A stretch of DNA of 64,000 nucleotides from an uncultured Acidobacteriota bacterium (lineage in GTDB: Bacteria; Acidobacteriota; UBA6911): contig CAWJKZ010000015.1 in the NCBI GenBank assembly GCA_963843575.1, forward strand, positions 160,001-224,000, in the 5' to 3' direction. The notes beneath the pieces were generated by a model that worked only from the letters and a program-made list of their open reading frames with translations, did no database searches and was not told the DNA's origin. Positions 1 to 9,173 of this stretch are shown here, in pieces; the stretch's first letter is position 1, and every line of letters starts with the position of its first letter. A program made the position numbers and the translations under genes.

Positions 1-202
1 CGATGAGACCGGCGGTACGCAGCAGGGAGACGAACTGGTTAAAACCGCCGTGTATGTCGCCGACGGCAACGATCCGGCCGGTGGTCTCGAACTCGGACTG
101 AGCCCACGTGGAGCCGCCGGACAGCAGCGCCAGGACGAATGCAAAGACTGCGAATGTCCGCAGTTGCCGGCGGGTACGGCCTACATTTTCAGTCATAACC
201 AT
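1..202 (-). CDS. Secreted calcineurin-like metallophosphoesterase, N-terminal part (runs off the window edge)
   Basis: Manual translation from ATG at 202 (or 196) gives a signal-peptide-like segment, then TGRIVAVGDIHGGFNQFVSLLRTAGLI, containing the GDxHG metallophosphoesterase motif I. Not in the ORF track. Confidence 0.75.
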   Translation of the reverse strand, partial: MVMTENVGRTRRQLRTFAVFAFVLALLSGGSTWAQSEFETTGRIVAVGDIHGGFNQFVSLLRTAGLI

Positions 203-285
203 GGTCCAGTACAGCAAACTCTAATAAAACAATAGCTTACCTCACCGACACCCCGCCTTCCAGCCTCAACAGGAGAGCAACAATT

Positions 286-359
286 TGGCGCGGCGCCGAG
301 GCGCCGAGCGTTCCGGCCCTCGGACGTAGGGGAAAGCGGTGCCCAGGCGCCGCACTCCA
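286..359. repeat. REP-like palindrome, family B (GGAGTGCGGCG...CGCCGCACTCC)
   Basis: Ends in GGCGCCGCACTCCA, shared with copies at 3128-3232, 20615-20669 and 24797-24847. Confidence 0.6.
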
Positions 360-516
360 GAACGACGCCCTCGTCGATGTCCACCAGTGGCTGACCCGGG
401 ACCCCCGCATCCCTGACGCACGACTTGCCACCTTGCTGAAGAGACGCGATCGGCTGGTGAAGCTGTTCGAGCAGCACCTATCTGCCAACGGAGAAGCGAC
501 GGCCTATCCCTGAAGA

Positions 517-686
517 ACAAGTGGGTCCGGGCTTCAGCCCGGACGCCGTTTGCGGTTGCTATAACGTGCGCCCGTTGCCACATAGATCAGATCAAAAGAC
601 GTCCGGGCTTCAGCCCGGACCCACTTGTCTTACGGGCAGTCAACCGTTGGACGATCCCTTCAGCCCGGATGCAGCTTGCGGTCGCC
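517..686. repeat. REPIN-like element, family A (paired GTGGGTCCGGGCTTCAGCCCGGAC palindromes)
   Basis: ACAAGTGGGTCCGGGCTTCAGCCCGGAC at 517 and an inverted copy ending CCCACTTGT at 628, followed by a partial further unit. Confidence 0.85.
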
Positions 687-732
687 CTGCGGGGCGCCCG
701 TTGGGTAGCGTGACGTACACATGCTGCGCGTT

Positions 733-2782
733 TCAGACGGGTTTGTAGTCGAAGGGTTCCATGGAAAAGCTGCCGTGTCCCTGGGTGAGGGACCTTACCT
801 CGGTCGAGTAGCCGAACATGCCCGCTAACGGGACGAACGCCCGTATCACGGCGACCGGGCCAGCGATGCTGCTTTCGGTGATCTCGGCCCGGCGCGCGCC
901 CAGGTCGCGCACGATGGCGCCCAGAAACTCCTCCGGCACCCTGACTTCCAGCGTCATTACCGGCTCCAGCAGGATGGTGCCGGCGGCGGCGAAGGCGCGG
1001 CGCAACGCCAGTGTCAGGGAGGCGCGCAGGGGTATCAAGGGGTCCGGGCAATCGTTGTAGCGCGCCTCGAGCACCCGGATTTTCACGTCCACGACCGGGT
1101 AGCCGTTCGAGCCTCCTCCACTGCAGACGCCCGCCAGGATCTCGGTGGCCTCCGACTGCAGCTCGGCGGTGAGCGAGCGGGCGTGGCCTGCGAACTCCAT
1201 CTCCACGGGAGGCCAGCCCCTTTCCCCGGGCGGTCGCGGCCTCGGGTGCGCCTCCACGGCGGCGCGGCCGGAGACCATGGTGTCGCCGATTTTCTTGGCG
1301 AAGTCGCCCGCACCGGTTGCGGCGGTCGCCACGGTTTCGCGGTAGGTCACCCTGGGTCTGCCGAAGCGCGCGGCGACGTTGAACTGCCGCCGCATCCGGT
1401 TTTGCAGGATCTCGAGGTGGAGTTCACCCATGCCCGACAAGATCAGCTCCCCGGTCTCCTCGTCCGTGTGGTAGGAAAATGTCGGGTCTTCCCGGGTGAG
1501 CCGGCTCACGACCTCGAGCAGCCGGTCGCGGTCCGAAGAGGTCTGCGCTTCCACCGCGGCCGAGACGACGGGTTCGGGGAAGTGTACCGGCTCGAAGGTG
1601 ACCGGATGGGCGATGTCGCAAAGCGTATCCCCGGTCACAACAGTCCTCGGACCGGCCACCGCCACGATGTCCCCGCACTCGGCGCGCGCGACCGGCTCGG
1701 TGCGGTCTGCGAAGATGCGCAGGAATCGTCGAAGGCGGAGCTGGGCTCCGGTGCGCGGGTGCAGACAGCGGTCTTCCTCGGTCAGGGTACCGGAGTAGAC
1801 GCGCAACCAGAACAGGTCCGAGCTCGGCGCCGTCACCACCTTGAACACCAGGGCTGCGAACGGGCCCGAGCGGCTCGGCTCGGAGTTCCACCGGCATCCC
1901 GGTCCTGGGGACGTGTCCCCGGGCCGGAGGGCGCTCCTCGGGCGAGGGGAGATAGTCGCAGACCGCGTCCAGGATCGGCCTGATGCCGAGGTCGCGCAGG
2001 GCCGCACCGCAGAGCACGGGTACGAACCCCCGGGCGAGCGTCGCCTGACGGATGGCGCGCCGGAGCGTGTCGGCCGGGATGGTCGCGTCGCTGAGGTAAA
2101 GGTCCGCGAGCCAGTCGACGGCTTCCGCCGTGCGCTGAACCAGCCTGTCCCTGGCCGCTGCGGCGGCCGGGGCGGCTGCCACCGGAATCTCCCGGGTTTC
2201 CTGCTCACCGCCCCGGGTAGCCGGATCGAACACGACCCACTTCATCGCGAGCAGGTCGATCACGCCGTCGAGCCGGTCTTCCAGGCCGTGCGGCAGGTTT
2301 ATGAACGCGGCCCGGGCCCCGAGACGCTTCTCGATATCAGCGAGCACCCGCTCGGGTTCCGCCCCCGCCCGATCGAGCTTGTTGATGAAGGCGATGCGCG
2401 GCACGCCGTAGCGGTCCGCCTGATGCCACACGGTCTCGCTCTGCGGCTGCACACCTTCGACCCCGGAGAAGATCACGACCGCTCCGTCGAGCACCCTGAG
2501 GCTGCGCTCCACCTCGGCCGTGAAGTCGATGTGGCCGGGGGTGTCGATCAGGTTGATCTGGTGGTCGTTCCAGAGGAAGGTCGTCGCCGCCGCTGAAATC
2601 GTGATCCCGCGCTCACGCTCGTCCTCGCGGAAGTCCATGACGGTATCGCCGTCGTGGACTTCGCCGATCTTGTGTGTCAGGCCGGCATAAAAAAGGAAAC
2701 GCTCCGTCGCCGTCGTCTTCCCCGCGTCGATGTGCGCAATGATCCCGATGTTGCGTACTCTGCCAAGAGGTCTCAGAAGCAT
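733..2782 (-). CDS. fusA: Elongation factor G paralog (EF-G2-like), split by a 1-nt insertion near 1862
   Basis: The N-terminal ORF has [25 protein letters not shown] and NKLD. The second frame continues FAALVFK...EDPTF...GMGELHL...LLEPVM...[14 protein letters not shown]. Removing one base in GGGCCC joins the two frames. Confidence 0.88.
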
Positions 2783-2990
2783 GGTTCTTCCATCGCGCAG
2801 GCCAGGCCGCGATAAACCGTCCGTAACAAAAAAAGAGCATCATGCCACTTTCCGGACAAGCCACAAACCCGAAATTTTTCTCGTCGAAGGCATACATCGG
2901 ACCGAATATTGCTTTGGGACGACCACCCTCCCCCGGTATGGATTGGCAAATTGCGGCGGTGCGGTCCTTTGAACCGGCACTGCGGATTGT

Positions 2991-3119
2991 GAACCGACAC
3001 TGGAAAACGGCAAGGTTTCCCGCTTCTTCGAACAGCTCGGCCCCGGCCTGATCACCGGTGCGGCCGACGACGATCCTTCGGGGGTTTCCACGGACCTCGC
3101 GCTGCTCCTTCTGCTCTGA
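2991..3119 (+). pseudogene. Remnant of an Nramp/MntH-family metal transporter (TM1 region only)
   Basis: Translates VSRFFEQLGPGLITGAADDDPSGVST followed by an early stop. LGPGLITGAADDDPSG is the N-terminal signature of the Nramp-related family. No in-frame ATG/GTG/TTG start. Confidence 0.7.
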
Positions 3120-3127
3120 TTCCTGCC

Positions 3128-3232
3128 TGGAAGTGCGACGCCTCGGCGCCTTCCCGAATCGTACTCTGCCAGCTCGAAATGCGGCGGCGCCCAGGCGCCG
3201 CCCACAAAGCGGCGTTGAGCCGCCGCACTCCA
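3128..3232. repeat. REP-like palindrome, family B
   Basis: TGGAAGTGCGACG...AAAGCGGCGTTGAGCCGCCGCACTCCA; closely similar to 20615-20669. Confidence 0.65.
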
Positions 3233-3304
3233 TTGCTAAGAAAGGGCTGCTGTTTCGTCTATTAATAAACGTGATATGAGTGAACGGCTTCATTCGAGGA
3301 ACAA

Positions 3305-5251
3305 ATGCGAGCATTTTCGGTGTATGGGGCGGCCGTTGTGGGCGCCTTCATTTTTGCGGCAGTGCCTGCCGGCTTCGCTTCGAGTCAGCCGATGAGCCTC
3401 ACGGCGGCTGTGGTCAGCAACGGCTGGCCAATTAAGAGATTCGTTTTGAACGACACGGGCGCGGTGGTATTCGCGGGTGGCGACTTCCAGGGGAGCGCCG
3501 ACGGGATTGTCTTCTCCGCCCCGTCCCGCTTTTACCGGCTCGCGAACCTCGGGTACGAGCCTCCCGGGTCCCCCGGGATGGTCTTCGCCGGTTTCCCCGG
3601 GCGGTATTTCGGCGATCTGGCCCTGAATCGGGCTGGGGACGTCGTCTTTTCCGCAAGCATGGTTGCCTGTGCGAGCTACGACCTGGAGTCCTGCCTCAGA
3701 ACGAGTCCCCGATTGAACGGCCTGTTCAGGATCCACAACGACCAGGGGAGCCGGATCGTCGTCGAAGGGGACTCGGTTCCCGACCACCCCGGCTACCTGT
3801 TCCGCTCTTTCGACCGGATCTGGCTGAACACGGGGAGCGACATCGCCTTCCGGGGCCACGTCTACGATCCTGCAAAGCCGTCGGAGTCGGTGGCCGGTCT
3901 GTTCGTTTACAGCGCGGGCCGGCTCCAGACCGTGGCCCTCGTCGAGACGACGCCGCGGAGACCGAGGACGGATGTGAATTCCCCGGGGTTCGAGCTGACG
4001 ATCGACGACGAGGCCAACGTGGTCTTCTTCAGCCCCCTTGCCGGCGCGGTATGCCGCTACTCAGGCGGAGTACTCTCGACCGTCCTATCGGCCGGCGCCT
4101 CGCTCGGGCCGGCCGAGACACTCACGAGCCTTCACGAGGCGGTCCCCAACCGAAACGGCGATATTGCGTTCCACGCATCGTTCGGCCCGGAGCCGGCGCA
4201 GCAGGGAATTTACCTGATGCGCCGCGACGGTAGCATCGAGCGCCTCCTGGCGGACGGGGATGCCACCCCGGCGGGAGGCCGGTTTGCGCTCTGGCGGGAA
4301 GAGACAGACCGCTTCGGCTACAAGCATCAGGTCATGGTCGGCACCTCGCTGCAACTGAACGACTCCGGGATGGTCCTATTCGTCACGCCCGTGCGCGAGG
4401 GACCGACGTCGGCCGGTTTATTTTCGTACCGGAAAGGGGAAATCTCGACCGTGGCCGCCGACGGCGATCCGCGGCCGGATGACCCGCGGCAGCGCATCAG
4501 CTTCGGCTTTCAGGGTCAGGACATCTCGTTCCTGCTGAACAACAACGGGATGACGGCCTTCAATCCGGCCGGAGCCGGGATTTTCCTCGCCCTGGACGGG
4601 AAGCGTGCCGCGGTCGCCCTCAACGGAGGCCCGACCGGCCCCGTGGAGGGGACCGAATACTCGATTCGCGAACTCAGGTCCTTCTCCCTGAACGAGTCGG
4701 GTACGGTCGCGTTGCAGGCCCCGCTCTGCTGCGGTCCCTATGTCGAGGGGATCTTTCTGGCGCGCCTTCGCCCCCCCGCAATCCCGAACGGCGGTTTTGA
4801 AGGGCCCGGCGATTTCAGACTCCCCCAGGCGTGGACGACCTGGTGGACGAACTCCGGCACCGGCGACGCCAGCCAGTACGACAGCGGGGGCCACGACTCG
4901 TTCGATTGGTACTCGAGCCTGAGACTCCACGTCGGCCCGGGCGGCGGATCCGTATTCGTGCTTTCCGACCCCACCGCCGTGACTCCCGGGACAACCTACC
5001 TCCTCGAGAGCCGCATGCGGTTCTTTTTCGACGCCGCCGCAGATACGGCCTATTTCACCGTGATCCAGTTCGACAGCGCGGGGGGTGTGGTCGGAGAGGA
5101 CGAGGTGCTTGGGGTGGCGGGCGACAGCCTCTGGACCTGGGAACCGAAGCGGCTCCTGATCTACACCGCGCCCAATGCCGCGTTTGTGCGGTACCGCTTC
5201 GGCCTCATCTCTCCGCACGAGAAATACCTCGACGTCGATTACCTGCACTAG
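3305..5251 (+). CDS. Secreted NxxGxxAF-repeat beta-propeller protein with a C-terminal CBM4/9-like domain
   Basis: Signal peptide; repeats LNRAGDVVF, LNTGSDIAF, PNRNGDIAF, LNDSGMVLF, LNNNGMTAF, LNESGTVAL; C-terminal domain begins IPNGGFE. Confidence 0.7.
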   Translation: MRAFSVYGAAVVGAFIFAAVPAGFASSQPMSLTAAVVSNGWPIKRFVLNDTGAVVFAGGDFQGSADGIVFSAPSRFYRLANLGYEPPGSPGMVFAGFPGRYFGDLALNRAGDVVFSASMVACASYDLESCLRTSPRLNGLFRIHNDQGSRIVVEGDSVPDHPGYLFRSFDRIWLNTGSDIAFRGHVYDPAKPSESVAGLFVYSAGRLQTVALVETTPRRPRTDVNSPGFELTIDDEANVVFFSPLAGAVCRYSGGVLSTVLSAGASLGPAETLTSLHEAVPNRNGDIAFHASFGPEPAQQGIYLMRRDGSIERLLADGDATPAGGRFALWREETDRFGYKHQVMVGTSLQLNDSGMVLFVTPVREGPTSAGLFSYRKGEISTVAADGDPRPDDPRQRISFGFQGQDISFLLNNNGMTAFNPAGAGIFLALDGKRAAVALNGGPTGPVEGTEYSIRELRSFSLNESGTVALQAPLCCGPYVEGIFLARLRPPAIPNGGFEGPGDFRLPQAWTTWWTNSGTGDASQYDSGGHDSFDWYSSLRLHVGPGGGSVFVLSDPTAVTPGTTYLLESRMRFFFDAAADTAYFTVIQFDSAGGVVGEDEVLGVAGDSLWTWEPKRLLIYTAPNAAFVRYRFGLISPHEKYLDVDYLH

Positions 5252-5358
5252 GGAGCGCGGCGCCTGGGCGCCATGCCGAATTGCGAGACGTGGCAAAATC
5301 TCCGTGAATGTACGGAGTTCTGTGTAGAATCGTCCCGTACCTTCGAAAGGAGTACGGC

Positions 5359-7764
5359 ATGATCCGGTCCTCCGTCTGTCTCGCCACAGTACTCTGCGTG
5401 ACCGGATGCGGCTTTCGGCCTGTTTCAGACTACGCGGTCACAGACGTGCCGCTCACCGCCGTCCGGCTGACCGACGGTTTCTGGGCGCCCCGACAGCAGA
5501 CGGACGTCCGGGTGACGATTGCGCACCAGATCAGGCAGAGTGAAGAGACCGGCCGGATCAAGAATTTCGAGCTCGCCGCGGACGCGCTGAAGGGGGCGAC
5601 CGGCGCGAAATGCGCTACCCGTTACGCCTTCGACGATTCCGACGTCTACAAGCTGATCGAGGCCGCGTCCTACACCCTGGTGCTGCAGCCGAACCCGTCG
5701 CTGGATAAGGTGTTGGACGATTGGATCGGGAAGATCGCGGCCGCGCAGGAGCCGGACGGCTACCTGTACACCGCCCGCACGATCGACCCCAGGCATCCAC
5801 CCTCCATGTCCGGCCCCGAACGGTGGGTCAAGCTTCAGGACAGCCACGAATTGTACAACCTGGGCCACCTCTACGAGGCGGCCGTCGCCCACCGCCAGGC
5901 GACCGGCAAGCGCACGCTCCTCGAGGTCGCGCTCAGGAGCGCCGACTTTGTCGGCGAGACTTTCGGGCCCGCCAAAGGGCAATTGAAGCTCGTGCCGGGG
6001 CACGAGGAAATCGAGATCGGCTTGGTCAAGCTCTACCGTGAGACGGGGAAACGCCGGTACCTGGAGTTGGCGAAGTTCTTCGTGGACGAACGCGGCGACG
6101 CGGGAGGACACGAGCTCTACGGCGAATACAACCAGGACCACAAGCCGGTGCTCGAGCAGACCGAAGCCGTCGGCCATGCCGTCCGTGCAGCCTACCTGTA
6201 CTCGGGAGTGGCCGACGTCTCCGCCCTGACCGGCGACCCGCGCTACATGGCCGCCCTGAACCGGATCTGGCAAGACATCGTCTCCCGAAAACTCTACTTG
6301 ACCGGGGGGATTGGCGCCGCCGGCGGGATCGAAGGGTTCGGACCCCCGTACGACCTCCCGAACGAAACGGGCTATGCGGAAACCTGCGCCACCATCGCCT
6401 ATGCGCTGTGGAACTACCGCATGTTCCGCTATCACGGGGACGCCAGGTACATGGACCTGTTTGAGCGTGCGGCCTACAACGCTTTCCTGTCGGGCTCCGG
6501 GCTGAGCGGAGACCGCTATTTCTATCCCAATCCGCTGGCGTCGTTTGGCCAGCACGAGCGCAGCCCCTGGTTCACCTGCGCGTGCTGCCCGCCGAACGTC
6601 GCTCGGTTCATAGCCGCGATGGGCGGGTTCGCCTATGGTGTCCAAGGGAACAAGGTGTACGTGAACCTGTACGCCCAGGGAACGGCTACCATCACGACAG
6701 CCGATGGGAAGGTCCGCCTCGAACAGAGCACCGAGTATCCCTGGAGCGGGAACATCAGGATACGTCTTTCCCCCGACAAGCCCGGCCGGCTCATCCTGAT
6801 GCTGCGCATACCGGGGTGGGCTGTGGGCCGGCCGCTCCCGAGCGGCCTGTACAGGTATGCCGGCGCAAGTGCGGGGCAGCCGGTTGTCAAGGTCAACGGC
6901 AAAAACGTCTCCTACGGCCTCGACAAGGGCTATGCCCCGATCGATCGAACCTGGTTCCGGGACGACATCGTTGAGGTCTTCCTGCCCATGGAGATTCGCC
7001 GCGTGCTGGCCGATGAACGCGTCAAGGCGGATGCCGGCCGCGTCGCGGTGGAACGCGGCCCGCTCGTCTATTGCGCGGAGTGGCCGGACAACGGCGGAGC
7101 GGTGTCCAACCTGGTCCTGGAAGACTCCACACCGCTCACCGCGGAACTGCGTCCGGACATTGCCCAGGGTGTCACGGCCGTGACCGGGGAGGCGACCGCG
7201 TATCGGCTCGAGGGCGGCAAAACCGTGTCCGCGAAGCAGCGGCTCACCTTGATCCCCTACTACGCCTGGGCGTACCGCGGCAAAGGTGAGATGACCGTTT
7301 GGCTGGCCCGCGAGCCCGCAAAGGCGCGCCCCGTTCCGGAACCGACACTCGCTTCCACCGCGCACGTGAGCGCTTCCGAGGGGATCCGTGGGCTCGAAGG
7401 CATCCACAACCTGCGCGGCCCGGAGAGTTCGGCCGACCAGGCAACCGGCTACGCCCACTGGTGGCCCAGAAAGGGGACGACGGAGTGGGTGCAATACGAT
7501 TTTGCCAGTCCGGTTATGCTGTCGGAATCGTCCGTTTACTGGTTTGACGACGCTCAAGAGGGCGAGTGCCGGGTCCCCGTCTCCTGGAGGATCCTCTACC
7601 GCGACCGCGGTTGGCTCCCGGTCAAGGCGGCGGGGCCCTTCGGCACTGCAGAGGATAAGTTCAACACCGTGCGCTTCGCTCCCGTCCGCACGACGGCGGT
7701 GCGACTCGAATTGCAGGCGCCCGCTGCCTTCTCGACGGGCATCCAGGAGTGGAGGATAAAATAG
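5359..7764 (+). CDS. GH127 beta-L-arabinofuranosidase-like protein (DUF1680) with a C-terminal discoidin-like domain
   Basis: FDDSDVYK, HELYNLGHLYEA, GHAVRA, YAETCA and CACCPPN motifs; AAGGAG RBS before ATG 5359. Confidence 0.9.
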   Translation: MIRSSVCLATVLCVTGCGFRPVSDYAVTDVPLTAVRLTDGFWAPRQQTDVRVTIAHQIRQSEETGRIKNFELAADALKGATGAKCATRYAFDDSDVYKLIEAASYTLVLQPNPSLDKVLDDWIGKIAAAQEPDGYLYTARTIDPRHPPSMSGPERWVKLQDSHELYNLGHLYEAAVAHRQATGKRTLLEVALRSADFVGETFGPAKGQLKLVPGHEEIEIGLVKLYRETGKRRYLELAKFFVDERGDAGGHELYGEYNQDHKPVLEQTEAVGHAVRAAYLYSGVADVSALTGDPRYMAALNRIWQDIVSRKLYLTGGIGAAGGIEGFGPPYDLPNETGYAETCATIAYALWNYRMFRYHGDARYMDLFERAAYNAFLSGSGLSGDRYFYPNPLASFGQHERSPWFTCACCPPNVARFIAAMGGFAYGVQGNKVYVNLYAQGTATITTADGKVRLEQSTEYPWSGNIRIRLSPDKPGRLILMLRIPGWAVGRPLPSGLYRYAGASAGQPVVKVNGKNVSYGLDKGYAPIDRTWFRDDIVEVFLPMEIRRVLADERVKADAGRVAVERGPLVYCAEWPDNGGAVSNLVLEDSTPLTAELRPDIAQGVTAVTGEATAYRLEGGKTVSAKQRLTLIPYYAWAYRGKGEMTVWLAREPAKARPVPEPTLASTAHVSASEGIRGLEGIHNLRGPESSADQATGYAHWWPRKGTTEWVQYDFASPVMLSESSVYWFDDAQEGECRVPVSWRILYRDRGWLPVKAAGPFGTAEDKFNTVRFAPVRTTAVRLELQAPAAFSTGIQEWRIK

Positions 7765-7829
7765 GCCCGGACCCACTTGCTCTGCCTGCTGTGCGAAATG
7801 GGTATCGGCCAGTTTTCGGGAGGAACATC

Positions 7830-8594
7830 ATGAACAGGATCTGGATCCTATTGCTACTATCGGTGCTTCTCGGTTCATGCGGGTGCGGGACGGCCACTCA
7901 GGCCCCCGCGCCGGCGGCGGTCTCCGGTTGCCAGGGTGTCAACGTCCTCACCGATCAGGAGAAGGCCGCCGGGTGGGAACTGCTGTTCGACGGGCAGAGT
8001 TTCGCCGGATGGCACGGCTACAACGGCCAGAGCACCGCGGCCTGGAAAATCGAGGACTGCGCGCTGAAGACAACCGGCACCGAGGGGAACTACGGCAGCG
8101 ACACGCGCGCGGACCTCGTCAGCGACAAGGAGTACGAGAACTTCGAGATCAACATCGACTGGAAAGCGAGCAAGGGGGGCAACAGCGGGCTCATGTACGG
8201 CGTGGTGGAGGACCCGAAGTACAAGGCGCCCTGGATGACCGGGCCCGAGTACCAGTTCATCGACGACATCGGCTTCCCCGACAAGCTGGAAGAGTGGCAG
8301 AAGGCCGGGGCCGACTACGCGATGCACCTGCCGAACGATCAGAAGGAGCTGAAGGCCGTGGGCGAGTGGAACAACACCCGCATCGTGGTCAACGGCCCGC
8401 ACGTCGAGCACTGGCTCAACGGCAAGAAGATCCTGGAATTCGAACGCTGGAACGAGGATTGGAACAAGCTGCGCGATTCGGGGAAGTGGAAGGAAGCACC
8501 CGATTATGGTCTGGCGAAAACCGGCCGCATCGCGCTCCAGGACCACGGGAGCATCTTCTGGTTCCGGAACGTCAAGATCCGCCCGATTCGCTAG
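7830..8594 (+). CDS. DUF1080 / 3-keto-disaccharide hydrolase-family lipoprotein
   Basis: LLFDG...GW, GGNSG, GEWN and IALQDHG...FRNVKIR motifs; lipobox-like LGSC. Confidence 0.85.
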   Translation: MNRIWILLLLSVLLGSCGCGTATQAPAPAAVSGCQGVNVLTDQEKAAGWELLFDGQSFAGWHGYNGQSTAAWKIEDCALKTTGTEGNYGSDTRADLVSDKEYENFEINIDWKASKGGNSGLMYGVVEDPKYKAPWMTGPEYQFIDDIGFPDKLEEWQKAGADYAMHLPNDQKELKAVGEWNNTRIVVNGPHVEHWLNGKKILEFERWNEDWNKLRDSGKWKEAPDYGLAKTGRIALQDHGSIFWFRNVKIRPIR

Positions 8595-8673
8595 GCTACA
8601 AGCCAAAGCTCGCCACGGAAGACACGGAGGAAACACGGAAGGCTGGCATTAGGAATTCCGTGGATGCCGGTCG

Positions 8674-9021
8674 CTACTGGCCGGTCCGAATATCGATCCT
8701 GGCCGCGTTGATTTGATCCTTGAGGCCGACCTTTCCGAGCACGATGACACGGCGGGAGTCCTTCACCTCGTCGACCGTCGACGGCTCGTTGCGGTACGTG
8801 AACCTGGTTTCGGCCGAATAGACCACGGTCCAGACCGCGTTGGCGGTACCCCGCTGCCGAACCAGGATCGTGGACTTGTCCTTGTTCACTGCCTGTACCG
8901 TTCCCTCGATCCGGTCGAGTTTAGTCTGAGTGTCTTTGGTGGCCTGGGCATAGCTCGCGGACACCAGCCCGATGGAGCACACCAGCGCGAGCGCGAGCAT
9001 GCAGGCGACGCTGCGTTTCAT
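8674..9021 (-). CDS. Small secreted hypothetical protein (DUF5666/OB-fold-like)
   Basis: Signal peptide, IEGTVQAVN pattern and GGAGG RBS. Confidence 0.6.
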   Translation of the reverse strand: MKRSVACMLALALVCSIGLVSASYAQATKDTQTKLDRIEGTVQAVNKDKSTILVRQRGTANAVWTVVYSAETRFTYRNEPSTVDEVKDSRRVIVLGKVGLKDQINAARIDIRTGQ

Positions 9022-9173
9022 AGAGCCTCCCTTTCCGTTATGGGAATTTTCAAAAGTCTAATACTCTGGCTCCCGCAATGCAATCCGACCCGGAAGTGGA
9101 CAAGGGCGGCCCGATCTGCGCTGCCCCGGGGCGAGCCCCCTCCGCCTCATCCGGCTGTTCGTGAGGAGGACAG

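Noticed and set aside
5425-7776. Long antisense ORFs (also 39545-41596, 37765-39480, 52326-53852 and others)
   Set aside because: Typical high-GC shadow frames opposite well-supported genes, with no recognisable motifs.
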